DNA of 64,000 nt from Nitrospirota bacterium. GTDB taxonomy: Bacteria > Nitrospirota > Nitrospiria > 2-01-FULL-66-17. Below the pieces are notes generated by a model, which did not search any database, was not told the origin of the DNA, and saw nothing but the letters and a program-made list of their open reading frames with translations. The stretch covers positions 352,001 to 416,000 of the forward strand of contig JBMOMC010000002.1 of the NCBI GenBank assembly GCA_049325335.1, read 5' to 3'. The position numbers and the translations under genes are program-made. Shown piece after piece: positions 39,867 to 50,766 of this stretch (its first letter is position 1; each line of letters starts with the position of its first letter).

Positions 39867-40183
39867 CAGTTAAACGCCAAGAACCGATCGCAGCCGGCAA
39901 TGATGTCGGAGAGAACGACCAGGCCGCAGAACGTGGCGCGCTGATCGATCGGCACACCCATCTTTTGCGCGCCGAACGCGCACACGAACAACTTGGCGCC
40001 CTGGCCCGGCAACCGCTGGATGGACGGCAGGTCCAGGCAGCGCGTGCCTTCGTCGATCAGATAAAGATACACGTCGTCTCCGCGTCGCAACGCGGCCTCG
40101 GACACGCGCGAGACGGTGTCGATATTGGGATGATCCGGCCCCGTGGATAACATCAGGCCGAGTTTGCCGCGGGGAGTCATCAT
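39866..40183 (-). CDS. DsrE/TusD-like protein
   Basis: YLYLIDEG, LFVCAFGA (conserved Cys), GL..LSDII..CDRF. Confidence 0.78.
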   Translation of the reverse strand: MMTPRGKLGLMLSTGPDHPNIDTVSRVSEAALRRGDDVYLYLIDEGTRCLDLPSIQRLPGQGAKLFVCAFGAQKMGVPIDQRATFCGLVVLSDIIAGCDRFLAFN

Positions 40184-40457
40184 GGCGGCGAATGCTAGCA
40201 CCATGGCCAACAGCCAGTCAATCGAGAAGGCGGAGAACCGGGGAAACGACTAAGTGACGAGCGGGAGAGCGGGCGAAAGGGCGAGGAAGGACACGAACAA
40301 CGAACACCCGAGAACACAGAACGATGTTGCCGTTACCGGCGAACCGGCCCACTGCTCGTTGCCGTCTCCTTGACAACCGCGGTCTTGAGTCGATATTCTC
40401 CGCACGCACCGTGTGGCACGATCTCCACGCCCACGTGGTGCAACCCGCCGTCGAGAT

Positions 40458-40533
40458 GGGGCTGTAGCGCAGTTGGGAGCGCGTCAGACTGGCAGTCTGA
40501 AGGTCAGGGGTTCGATCCCCCTCAGCTCCACCA
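40458..40533 (+). tRNA. tRNA-Ala (GGC)
   Basis: GGGGCTG acceptor stem with G3-U70, TCAGA-CT-GGC-AG-TCTGA anticodon arm, GTTCGA T-loop, CCA end; TTGACA-N18-TATTCT promoter at 40370-40399. Confidence 0.97.
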
Positions 40534-40644
40534 TCGGGTCCCTTCCAGACGCCTGCACGCGAGCCGGTCGCCCTCTACCAAGGAGCGGTCGCTCCCCATG
40601 TTCCTCATCTTCACCATGACGCGACCGAGGGAGGACGGGAAACG

Positions 40645-41010
40645 ATGACGAACGCGACGAAAGGGGCGCTGCTCTCGGCTCTGGGTTTTCCCGGTCTTGG
40701 GCAGATCGCGCTCAAACGGTATCAGCGTGGAGTCGTGTGGATGCTGGCAAGCGTGGCCGGCCTGGTGCTGATGGTGGCCACGGCCGCACGGGAGGCCGGA
40801 AGAATTCTTGAAACGATTGAAGCCGAAGGGGGTGTCGTTGACCAAGACGCGATGTCACGCGCCATTGCCCAGGCCACGGCCTGGTCCGGCAACCTCGACT
40901 TGAATCTGCTCGTCTTGGCGATCACGCTCTGCTGGATCTACGCCGCGGTTGACGCCTACCGCATCGGCAAACAACAGGATCTGCACCAAACGGGGGGACG
41001 CGGGGACTGA
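40645..41010 (+). CDS. Small membrane protein of unknown function
   Basis: LLSALGFPGLGQ..WIYAAVDAY with two or three hydrophobic segments; SD GGAGG. Confidence 0.75.
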   Translation: MTNATKGALLSALGFPGLGQIALKRYQRGVVWMLASVAGLVLMVATAAREAGRILETIEAEGGVVDQDAMSRAIAQATAWSGNLDLNLLVLAITLCWIYAAVDAYRIGKQQDLHQTGGRGD

Positions 41011-41286
41011 CCCCCCCCCCGTTACCGGGTCTCCGCCGCTGGGGCTCCTTGGTGCTCTTTTGGCTTCAGACGGGTGGCTGCGAGCGCGGAGGATGGAGTG
41101 TAGGTGGTTCGGCCGATCGACGAGACCCAGGAGCAGCTCCGTTCATCACGCGAGCGTCATTCCATGATGGGGCGTTCGTCCCTGCCGTCTGGGTCCTCTG
41201 GGTCCTTGACACCACGACGAAAAATGGATTAGAACACACACTCTGTTGTCGGTTCTCCTGCTCTCTCAAAATCCAACACTAAGTGA

Positions 41287-43527
<2,241 letters not shown>

Positions 43528-43560
43528 CGGGATCAATCGTCGAATCGACGTGTCGTAGAC

Positions 43561-43602
43561 AAAGGCCTGAGCCGGAATGTTCCATGCTGGCTCAGGCTTT
43601 TT
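43561..43602 (+). terminator. Rho-independent terminator after icd
   Basis: AAAGGCCTGAGCCGG...CTGGCTCAGGCTTTTT. Confidence 0.8.
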
Positions 43603-43620
43603 GTCATCGCCATGTTGTCG

Positions 43621-43800
43621 AGCCCGGATTATTCATGAACCTTCTACTGCAACCGCGGATACGCCGCTGCAACAGGCGGTCTCGCCACTCAGTCGGTCAG
43701 CGTACCGCAGAGAGTACGTCTCCCTCCTTCGCGGCTCCGAGCGCCTATTTCGCTGGCGTCTGCGCGGTTTCGCGACGAACGTTCATGAATAATCCGGGCT
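43621..43800. mobile_element. 180-bp MITE-like element with perfect 20-bp terminal inverted repeats
   Basis: AGCCCGGATTATTCATGAAC (43621-43640) / GTTCATGAATAATCCGGGCT (43781-43800); central CGTAC-N8-GTACG hairpin. Confidence 0.8.
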
Positions 43801-43822
43801 AGGGAAATTCTTCCGGAGTGCC

Positions 43823-44590
43823 ATGTTCATTGACACCCACACACACGTTCACGGCGCTGAATTCGACGCTGACCGCGATCCGACGCTGACGCGCGCGCGC
43901 GCCGCGGGTGTCGATGTCTGCCTGGCGATCGGAACCGACGTGGCGGATAGCCGGCGGGCGGTGGCGCTGGCCGCTTCGCGGCCGGACGTATTCGCGTCGG
44001 TGGGGGTCCATCCGCACGAGACCTCGGGATTAACCGAGCACGGCCTGGAGGAGTTGGCTCGCCTGGCCGCGGGCGAGCGGGTGGCGGCGTTCGGCGAGGT
44101 GGGGTTGGACTATTACTACGAACATTCGCCGCCGGACGTGCAGCGGCAGCGGTTCGCGGATCAAATTGATCTTGCCGCAACGCGCGGCCTCCCATTGGTC
44201 ATTCATACGCGCGACGCATGGGACGACACGTTTCGGATCCTGGACGAACGTCCGCATCACGGCGGCGTGTTTCATTGTTTTACCGGGACGCGCGACCACG
44301 CGGAGCAGGCGATCCGCCGAGGATTTTTCGTGTCGTTCTCCGGGATCGTGACGTTCAACAAGGCCCAGGATCTCCAGACCGTGGCTCGCGAGGCGCCGCT
44401 CGATCGCGTGTTGATCGAAACGGATTGCCCGTTTTTGTCGCCGGTCCCGTACCGCGGTAAGCGCAACGAGCCCGCGTTCGTCGCGCTCGTGGCCAAGAAA
44501 ATTGCTGAGTTGCGCGGCCTGTCGGTGGAGGAGATGGCGCGCGCTTCGAGCGAGAATGCCCGCCGCTGTTTTCCCCGCATCACTCGCTGA
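43823..44590 (+). CDS. tatD: TatD family deoxyribonuclease
   Basis: IDTHTH, GVHPH, GEVGLDY, IHTRDA, FHCF, ETDCPF, RGKRNEP. Confidence 0.95.
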   Translation: MFIDTHTHVHGAEFDADRDPTLTRARAAGVDVCLAIGTDVADSRRAVALAASRPDVFASVGVHPHETSGLTEHGLEELARLAAGERVAAFGEVGLDYYYEHSPPDVQRQRFADQIDLAATRGLPLVIHTRDAWDDTFRILDERPHHGGVFHCFTGTRDHAEQAIRRGFFVSFSGIVTFNKAQDLQTVAREAPLDRVLIETDCPFLSPVPYRGKRNEPAFVALVAKKIAELRGLSVEEMARASSENARRCFPRITR

Positions 44591-44699
44591 TCCACGTCGA
44601 CCCGCGTTTTTGACACTCCATCCGTCGGGTGCTACCGTTCATGCGTCTATCTGATTGAAGTTTCAGTGTAATTTTTGAGTTCGGAGCACAAGACGTACC

Positions 44700-45266
44700 A
44701 TGACGATCACTTGCGAAGCGTGCCGGACCATCTTTGACGCGCCCGAAGGATTCTCAGTCACCGCCTCCTGTCCGTGTTGTGAACATGTGAACCGTCCACG
44801 CGGCCGCGTGGAATCCGTCGAACCCATGCCCATGCCGTCGGAGAACACCGGAGATCAGGAGGATGCGCCGGTCAAGACCATGGTGTTCCCGGCCGACGGC
44901 GACGTCAGCGATACGGGCGTGACCGACGTGAAACGACTCCGCGCCGGAGCCACCCCCGGATTAGGCGCGAGGGTCGTGCGCCTCACGATCGTTGAGGCGG
45001 GGCAACCGCCTCGCGACTACCGCCTCGAAAAACCCCGCGTGATTCTGGGACGGGGCAGGTGTGATGTCCAGCTTCGAGATCCCGAGGTCTCACGACAACA
45101 CTGCGCGATCGAGGTGTACGACGGCGTGCCGATGGTCAAGGACTTACAGAGCGCGAACGGCACGTTGCTCAACGGGCATTTGGTCACCGAACACGTGCTC
45201 AAGCACGGAGATCACGTCAAACTCGGCACCACCGAGGTCACGGTTTCACTCGCCAACGCCGCGTGA
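44700..45266 (+). CDS. Zinc-ribbon plus FHA domain protein
   Basis: CEAC..CPCC N-terminus; LGRG..DPEVSRQH..DLQSANGT FHA motifs. Confidence 0.88.
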   Translation: MTITCEACRTIFDAPEGFSVTASCPCCEHVNRPRGRVESVEPMPMPSENTGDQEDAPVKTMVFPADGDVSDTGVTDVKRLRAGATPGLGARVVRLTIVEAGQPPRDYRLEKPRVILGRGRCDVQLRDPEVSRQHCAIEVYDGVPMVKDLQSANGTLLNGHLVTEHVLKHGDHVKLGTTEVTVSLANAA

Positions 45267-45369
45267 TCCGCCGCGCTTGCTCACGGCCGCGGCGCTCCCG
45301 TATGATGACGGCATGTCCATCGCCGCGTATCCGGCGCGCCAATCCGTGAACGGGTCACGGGGGTAGACG

Positions 45370-47073
45370 ATCTCCCTCGTTTCCGGCAATCTGTCCGGGC
45401 TCAAGCCCTCCCAGATCAAACGACTGCATGGCCTCGCCAAACGGCGCGTGTCGCCTGATCTGCTCGTCAGTCCCGAATTAGCCAAGAGTCTGCTGGAATC
45501 AACGGCTGATATGGGCCGCCAGGTCGGCGTGCTGCTCAGTCGCGGCGGCGCGGTCGAAGCGGTGATGGTGGGCACCGACCGCGAGATCATCGTCCCTGAC
45601 TTGTCGGACTGGCGCCTCGGCCGCAAGCGGCTGCGGGGCCTTCGTCTGGTCCACACGCACGTGGGCGACGATACGTTGACGCAGGACGACTTGGCCGACT
45701 TGTCATTGTTGCGTTTTGACGCGATGGTGGCGCTCGCCGAGCGCGCTCCGGGCGCCCCGCCCACGTGTTCGTGGGCGCACCTGCTGCCGCCGAATCCGGA
45801 CAATCGGGTGTACGAGATCCATCCGTCGCAGCCGCTGGCCCGCGCCCCCGCGGATCTGCGCGCGTTTCTGACCTCGCTGGACGCCCAACTGGCGGGCGCG
45901 GCCGGGTTGTACGACGTGCGCGATACCCGTGAGCGCGCGATTCTGGTCAGCGCGTCCACGCGTTCGCGCGGGGACCAGGAGGACGTGTTGACCGAGTTGC
46001 GCGAACTGGCGCGTTCGGCCGGGCTCCTGGTGCTCGATGAGGTGGTCCAGCGCCCGAACGCGGTCAACCCCAGGTTCCTGCTCGGCAAAGGCAAATTGCG
46101 CGAGGTGGTCATCAAGGCGTTGCAGTACGGCGCGGACCTGCTGGTCTTTGCGCAGGACCTCACGCCGTTGCAGGTCAAAGCCATCGGGGAGTTGACCGAG
46201 ATACGCGTGATCGATCGCACGCAATTGATCTTGGATATTTTTGCTCGTCGGGCCCACTCGCGCGACGGACGCGTGCAGGTGGAACTCGCTCAGCTCAAAT
46301 ATCGCCTGCCGCGTCTGGCCGAGCGCAGCACCGCCTTGTCCCGGCTCACCGGCGGCATCGGCGGCCGCGGACCGGGCGAGACCCGATTGGAAGTGGATCG
46401 CCGCCGCGTGCGCGATCGGATCGCGCAGTTGGAGAAGGAACTCGACGCGCTCGGCCGCGCCCGGTCGCAGCGCCGAGGCCGGCGCGAGTCCGCGTGCATC
46501 CCGATCGTGTCAATCGTCGGGTACACCAACGCGGGCAAGTCCACATTGCTCAACGCGCTCACCAAGAGCGACGTGTTCACGGAAAATCTCCTCTTCGCCA
46601 CGCTGGACACCACTACGCGCCGACTGCGCACGCCACGCGAGCGGGACATCATCATCACCGACACCGTCGGCTTCATCCAATCGCTTCCCAAGGATCTGTT
46701 GGGCGCGTTTCGTCCCACCCTGGACGAACTCAAAGACGCGGACCTCTTGCTCCACGTGGTGGACGCATCGCACCCGCTCGTGGACGTGCATATCGAAGCC
46801 GTGGAGTCGATCCTGGAAGGCCTGGGCGTGGCGAACCTCCCGACGCTCTACGTGTTCAACAAGACGGACCAGGCCGATCCCGAGGTGACGCGCGGGTTGC
46901 TGGCGCGCTACGGCGGGGTCGCAATCTCCGCCCGCGACCCCGCGACGTTGGGCCCGTTGGTGGAGGAGCTGGACCACAGGATTCCCGGGCCGGCCGATCG
47001 AGATGACTCGACGGAAGATGTCCCCGATGCCCACACCAACCCTGGGCTCGACCTGCTGCCTTCGAGGGATTGA
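45370..47073 (+). CDS. hflX: GTPase HflX, long N-terminal form, probable ATC start
   Basis: GNLSGLKPSQIKRL N-terminal motif lies upstream of the first GTG; LILDIFA, GRGPGE, GYTNAGKS, LFATLD, DTVG, NKTD. Confidence 0.93.
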   Translation: MSLVSGNLSGLKPSQIKRLHGLAKRRVSPDLLVSPELAKSLLESTADMGRQVGVLLSRGGAVEAVMVGTDREIIVPDLSDWRLGRKRLRGLRLVHTHVGDDTLTQDDLADLSLLRFDAMVALAERAPGAPPTCSWAHLLPPNPDNRVYEIHPSQPLARAPADLRAFLTSLDAQLAGAAGLYDVRDTRERAILVSASTRSRGDQEDVLTELRELARSAGLLVLDEVVQRPNAVNPRFLLGKGKLREVVIKALQYGADLLVFAQDLTPLQVKAIGELTEIRVIDRTQLILDIFARRAHSRDGRVQVELAQLKYRLPRLAERSTALSRLTGGIGGRGPGETRLEVDRRRVRDRIAQLEKELDALGRARSQRRGRRESACIPIVSIVGYTNAGKSTLLNALTKSDVFTENLLFATLDTTTRRLRTPRERDIIITDTVGFIQSLPKDLLGAFRPTLDELKDADLLLHVVDASHPLVDVHIEAVESILEGLGVANLPTLYVFNKTDQADPEVTRGLLARYGGVAISARDPATLGPLVEELDHRIPGPADRDDSTEDVPDAHTNPGLDLLPSRD

Positions 47074-47117
47074 GTTGTCATAGGGCTCGTCAGCGTCACG
47101 TCAGCGTCAGCGCGTCA

Positions 47118-48183
47118 GGGACGTTCTTTTAAGATTTAAACTCTTTACGCAGTGAGCGACTACATGGTATAGGAGGGGCCATGCCGCGATGCGCTCGACT
47201 CGACGCTCCGGGATTGCTGCACCACGTAATTGCGCGGGGAATCGAGCGACGTGTCATCTTTAGTGATGACGGCGACCGGGCGAATTTCCTCCAGCGGTTG
47301 GCCCGCCTTCTCCCGGAGACGGGGACGACGTGCCTGGCGTGGTGCTTGTTATCGAATCATCTGCATCTGCTCGTTCGCTCGGGGCCGGATGGGTTGGCGT
47401 GGTTCATGCGACGGGTGCTCACGGGCTACGCGGTGTACTTCAATCGTCGATATGACCGGGCCGGACACCTGTTCCAGAATCGCTACCATTCCACGGTGTG
47501 TGAGGCCGAATCCTACCTGCTTGAGCTGGTTCGATACATCCACCTCAATCCCGTCCGGGCTGGGCTGGTCCCTGACATCCAGGCGTTGCGGCAGTATCCC
47601 GGGTGCGGGCACTCCGCCGTGATGGGAGTAATCCCGCGTTCCTGGCACGCCACCGACGAAGTGCTGGCGCAATTCGGCGCCAACGCGAAGATGGCCCGTC
47701 AACGATATGAGGCCTTCCTACAAGACGGTCTCGAACGGGGAGACCTCGCGGCGCGCATCGACGAGTCTGGTACCGAACCCGAAATGAAGGGGACGCGCGA
47801 TGCCGATGGGCCGGACCGAAGAATGAGTCAGGTGCTGGGACGTCCGGAATTCGTGGAAAGCGTGAGCAGGCGATCAAACGCGGCGGTCGCCGGTCGGCGC
47901 AAGAGCGGCCGAGCGCTTTTGCGGGAGGTTTGTCGGGTGTTGAATCTCGCCCCGGATGAGCTGCGGTCGGGGCGCCAGGAGCGGAGCCTGGCAAACGGGC
48001 GGGCGATCGTGGCCTATCTGGGCCGTAGTCGTTATCGACTGACGGGCGTGGAACTATCGGACGTGTTGGGATTGAGTCAGCCGGCGGTGAGCCTGGCGGC
48101 CCAGCGCGGGCAGCGCCTGTTGGCGGGGAACGCGGCTTTCCGCGAAGCGCTGGATGAGATATAAAATCTTTAAAGAACGTCCC
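47118..48183 (+). mobile_element. RAYT-type element bounded by 20-bp inverted repeats
   Basis: GGGACGTTCTTTTAAGATTT (47118-47137) vs AAATCTTTAAAGAACGTCCC (48164-48183), 19/20 match, AT-rich in a GC-rich background. Confidence 0.75.
47181..48164 (+). CDS. REP-associated tyrosine transposase (Y1 HUH) with C-terminal DnaA-like HTH
   Basis: MPR.AR..PG..HHVIARG, NHLHLL (HUH), GHLFQNRY, RYIHLNP; C-terminal helical/HTH domain. Confidence 0.9.
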   Translation: MPRCARLDAPGLLHHVIARGIERRVIFSDDGDRANFLQRLARLLPETGTTCLAWCLLSNHLHLLVRSGPDGLAWFMRRVLTGYAVYFNRRYDRAGHLFQNRYHSTVCEAESYLLELVRYIHLNPVRAGLVPDIQALRQYPGCGHSAVMGVIPRSWHATDEVLAQFGANAKMARQRYEAFLQDGLERGDLAARIDESGTEPEMKGTRDADGPDRRMSQVLGRPEFVESVSRRSNAAVAGRRKSGRALLREVCRVLNLAPDELRSGRQERSLANGRAIVAYLGRSRYRLTGVELSDVLGLSQPAVSLAAQRGQRLLAGNAAFREALDEI

Positions 48184-48412
48184 CTGGTTTGTCACTGGTT
48201 TGTCACGCGGACATCGACCTTCAGCCCGGCGTGCGCGAGCATTGTGATGAGCGCGTCCGCATGCAGGTGGGGTCAAATCTTTAATCTTTAGGCAAGAGGT
48301 GAGTACGAGCCGAGCGGGTTTTGTCTTGTACCCGTCACTCGCGCGCATGGGCGGTGTGGAAACGCTGCAACAATGAGTTCAGAGCAGGAAGGGCCTCTTT
48401 CCTCGCCGCGCG

Positions 48413-48441
48413 TTGATCTTCCTCGCTGAGCTCCCTATAAT
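48413..48441 (+). promoter_or_regulatory. sigma70-type promoter of nth, probably leaderless
   Basis: TTGATC-N17-TATAAT, 8 nt before GTG 48450. Confidence 0.65.
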
Positions 48442-48449
48442 GCCCCGCC

Positions 48450-49196
48450 GTGGCGCGCGTATCCGCTGATCGTCCTGCCAAACCCGCTGATCGACGTCGG
48501 GTCGGGCGCATTCTAGACCGGCTCGACGGGGTGTTTGCCGGGCGCGGGATTGAGTTGTCCGCGGCTTCGCCGTGGGAATTGTTGGTTGCCACGATCCTCT
48601 CGGCGCAGTGTACGGATCAACGGGTCAACCAGGTCACGCCTGGGCTCTTCAAGCGGTTCCGAACTCCCGTAGACTTTGCCTCAGCTGACCGCGAGGAATT
48701 GGAGCGCCTGATCAAGTCGACTGGATTCTTCCGGGCCAAGGCACAGAGCCTCACCAAATGCGGCCGCGAGCTGGTGGAACGGTTCGGCGGGGAAGTGCCC
48801 CGGACCATGGACGACCTGGTGACGTTGCCTGGCGTGGGGCGCAAGACCGCCAACGTCATCCTCGGCGCGGCGTTCGGGCAGCCCTCGGTCGTTGTTGATA
48901 CGCACGTGAAGCGCGTGGCCAATCGTCTGGGGCTGTCCAAATCCGACGACCCGGTCAAGATTGAATTCGACCTGCGGCGGACGATTCCGGAAGCGTCCTG
49001 GACGTTGGGCTCGCAGCATCTGTTATTGCACGGTCGATATGTGTGCGTGGCGCGGCGTCCGCGCTGCGAGCAGTGCGCGCTCTATGACTTGTGCGCGTCG
49101 CGCGACAAACGGCCGCGCCCAGAAGACACTGTGGCACCAAAGGTCGCGCGTCAACGCGCGAGGCGGACCGGCGCGGCGCGGAGTGCCACCAAATGA
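48450..49196 (+). CDS. nth: Endonuclease III
   Basis: LVATILSAQCTD, LPGVGRKTAN, VDTHV, C..RRPRC..C.L..LC FeS motif. Confidence 0.96.
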   Translation: MARVSADRPAKPADRRRVGRILDRLDGVFAGRGIELSAASPWELLVATILSAQCTDQRVNQVTPGLFKRFRTPVDFASADREELERLIKSTGFFRAKAQSLTKCGRELVERFGGEVPRTMDDLVTLPGVGRKTANVILGAAFGQPSVVVDTHVKRVANRLGLSKSDDPVKIEFDLRRTIPEASWTLGSQHLLLHGRYVCVARRPRCEQCALYDLCASRDKRPRPEDTVAPKVARQRARRTGAARSATK

Positions 49197-49828
49197 CCAC
49201 GCCGCGTTCGTCTGATCAGGCCGTGGGCGCGACCCTGTGCGAGTTCCTCCGGCTGTTTTATGACAAGGGCTGGGTCGCGGGGACCGGCGGTGGCATTTGC
49301 GGGGCGCTGGGGGACGGGACCATGCTGATGGCGCCCACCGGGGTGCATAAGGAGCGTGTGACAATCGACGATCTGTTTCGCGTGGATCGCCAGGCGAACG
49401 TGCTGTCGCCACCCAAGACCCCCGGCCTGCGGTTGACCGAGTGCAGCACGATTTTCTGCACGATCGCTGAGCAGCGCAAGGCTGGCTCGGTGATGCACAG
49501 CCACGGGTTATCCGCAGTCCTGGCCGCGGATCTGGCCCAAGGCGGCGATCGCGTGATGATTCGCGATCTGGAGATGCTCAAGGGCATTCGCGGATGCACC
49601 AACTCGGATGTGCATGCGGTGCCGGTGGTAGACAACACCGCGCGCGAGCCGGAGTTGGTCGCGGGGATTCGTCGCGCGCTCGATGCGTCGGAGTTTGCGC
49701 GCGTCGCGTGCGTGTTGGTCCGCCACCATGGCGCCTATATCTGGGGCGAGGATCTCTGGGAGGTCAAGCGGCACGCCGAGGTGTACCACTTCTTGTTTGA
49801 GGCCGTTGTTGCCCGCGCTGCGCGTTGA
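49193..49828 (+). CDS. mtnB: Methylthioribulose-1-phosphate dehydratase (class II aldolase family)
   Basis: GWVAGTGGGI, APTGVHKER, HSH, EMLKGI, VLVRHHG.YIWG. Confidence 0.85.
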   Translation: MTTPRSSDQAVGATLCEFLRLFYDKGWVAGTGGGICGALGDGTMLMAPTGVHKERVTIDDLFRVDRQANVLSPPKTPGLRLTECSTIFCTIAEQRKAGSVMHSHGLSAVLAADLAQGGDRVMIRDLEMLKGIRGCTNSDVHAVPVVDNTAREPELVAGIRRALDASEFARVACVLVRHHGAYIWGEDLWEVKRHAEVYHFLFEAVVARAAR

Positions 49829-49880
49829 CTTGCCCTCCGGCGAGCCGATATAATCCACCGATCATTTCGCCGTCGCTCAT

Positions 49881-50756
49881 ATGATCGCCAGCATGACCGG
49901 ATTTGGTCGGGCGGAAGCGCCCTTTGGCGACATGCGGGTGGCGGTCGAAGTCCGGTCGGTCAATCACCGATTTTGTGAGGTGGCCGCGCGTCTTCCCAAA
50001 TTCCTCACGGCGTATGAAACCCGTTTCCGCAAGGTGGTCCAAGGCCGGGTCGCCCGAGGGCGGGTCGATCTGTCGGTCAATACGGGCGGAGACCACCCGA
50101 CGAGGCGTATCGCCGTGGACGTGGACCTCGCGCGGCAGTATCAGCAGGCGTTCCGGACGCTCAAGGACCAGTTGGGCGTGCCGGGCGAGGTGTCGTTGGA
50201 TCTGCTGATTTCGGCGCGCGACGTGCTGACGACCGCGGAGCCGGAACCCGATGTGGCGGGATTGGCCGACCACGTGGAAGGTCTGATCGGACGGGCTCTG
50301 GACGGGCTGGACGCCATGCGGAGACAGGAAGGCGAGAGTATTGCGGGGGACGTGACCGCGCGGTTGGGGCAGGTGGCGGCGACGTTGGACCGGGTGGCGG
50401 TCCGGGCGCCGAAGATCGCGCAGGAATACGCCGTGAAGCTCCGCGCGCGCGTGGCGTCGCTGGCCGGCGGCGTGGAGGTGGATCCGGCGCGTTTGGCGCA
50501 GGAAGTGGCGTTGTACGCCGAACGGTGCGACTATTCGGAGGAGGTGACGCGGATTCGCAGTCACCTCGGCCAGTTTGCGCAATCGCTTCAAGGCGGGGGC
50601 GAGGTCGGACGGTCCTTGGATTTTCTGACGCAGGAATTGAATCGGGAGATCAATACCATCGGGTCCAAAGCCAACGACGCGGACGTGGCGGCGGCGGTGG
50701 TGTCTCTCAAGAGCGAGTTGGAAAAGGTCCGCGAGCAGATTCAAAATATCGAGTGA
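49881..50756 (+). CDS. yicC: YicC/YloC family endoribonuclease
   Basis: SMTGFGR, RSVNHR, RGRV, DFLTQELNREINTIGSK, REQIQNIE. Confidence 0.95.
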   Translation: MIASMTGFGRAEAPFGDMRVAVEVRSVNHRFCEVAARLPKFLTAYETRFRKVVQGRVARGRVDLSVNTGGDHPTRRIAVDVDLARQYQQAFRTLKDQLGVPGEVSLDLLISARDVLTTAEPEPDVAGLADHVEGLIGRALDGLDAMRRQEGESIAGDVTARLGQVAATLDRVAVRAPKIAQEYAVKLRARVASLAGGVEVDPARLAQEVALYAERCDYSEEVTRIRSHLGQFAQSLQGGGEVGRSLDFLTQELNREINTIGSKANDADVAAAVVSLKSELEKVREQIQNIE

Positions 50757-50766
50757 TCGTGGGGGG

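Noticed and set aside
41011..41020. Poly-C tract as a phase-variation switch
   Set aside because: It is intergenic, lies after a stop codon and pairs with upstream G-runs (AACGGGGGG/CCCCCCGTT), so it is better explained as a hairpin.
47545..48348. Antisense ORF containing KIKDLTP over the RAYT
   Set aside because: The motif is simply the translation of the DNA end motif GGGGTCAAATCTTTAATCTT, not a protein.
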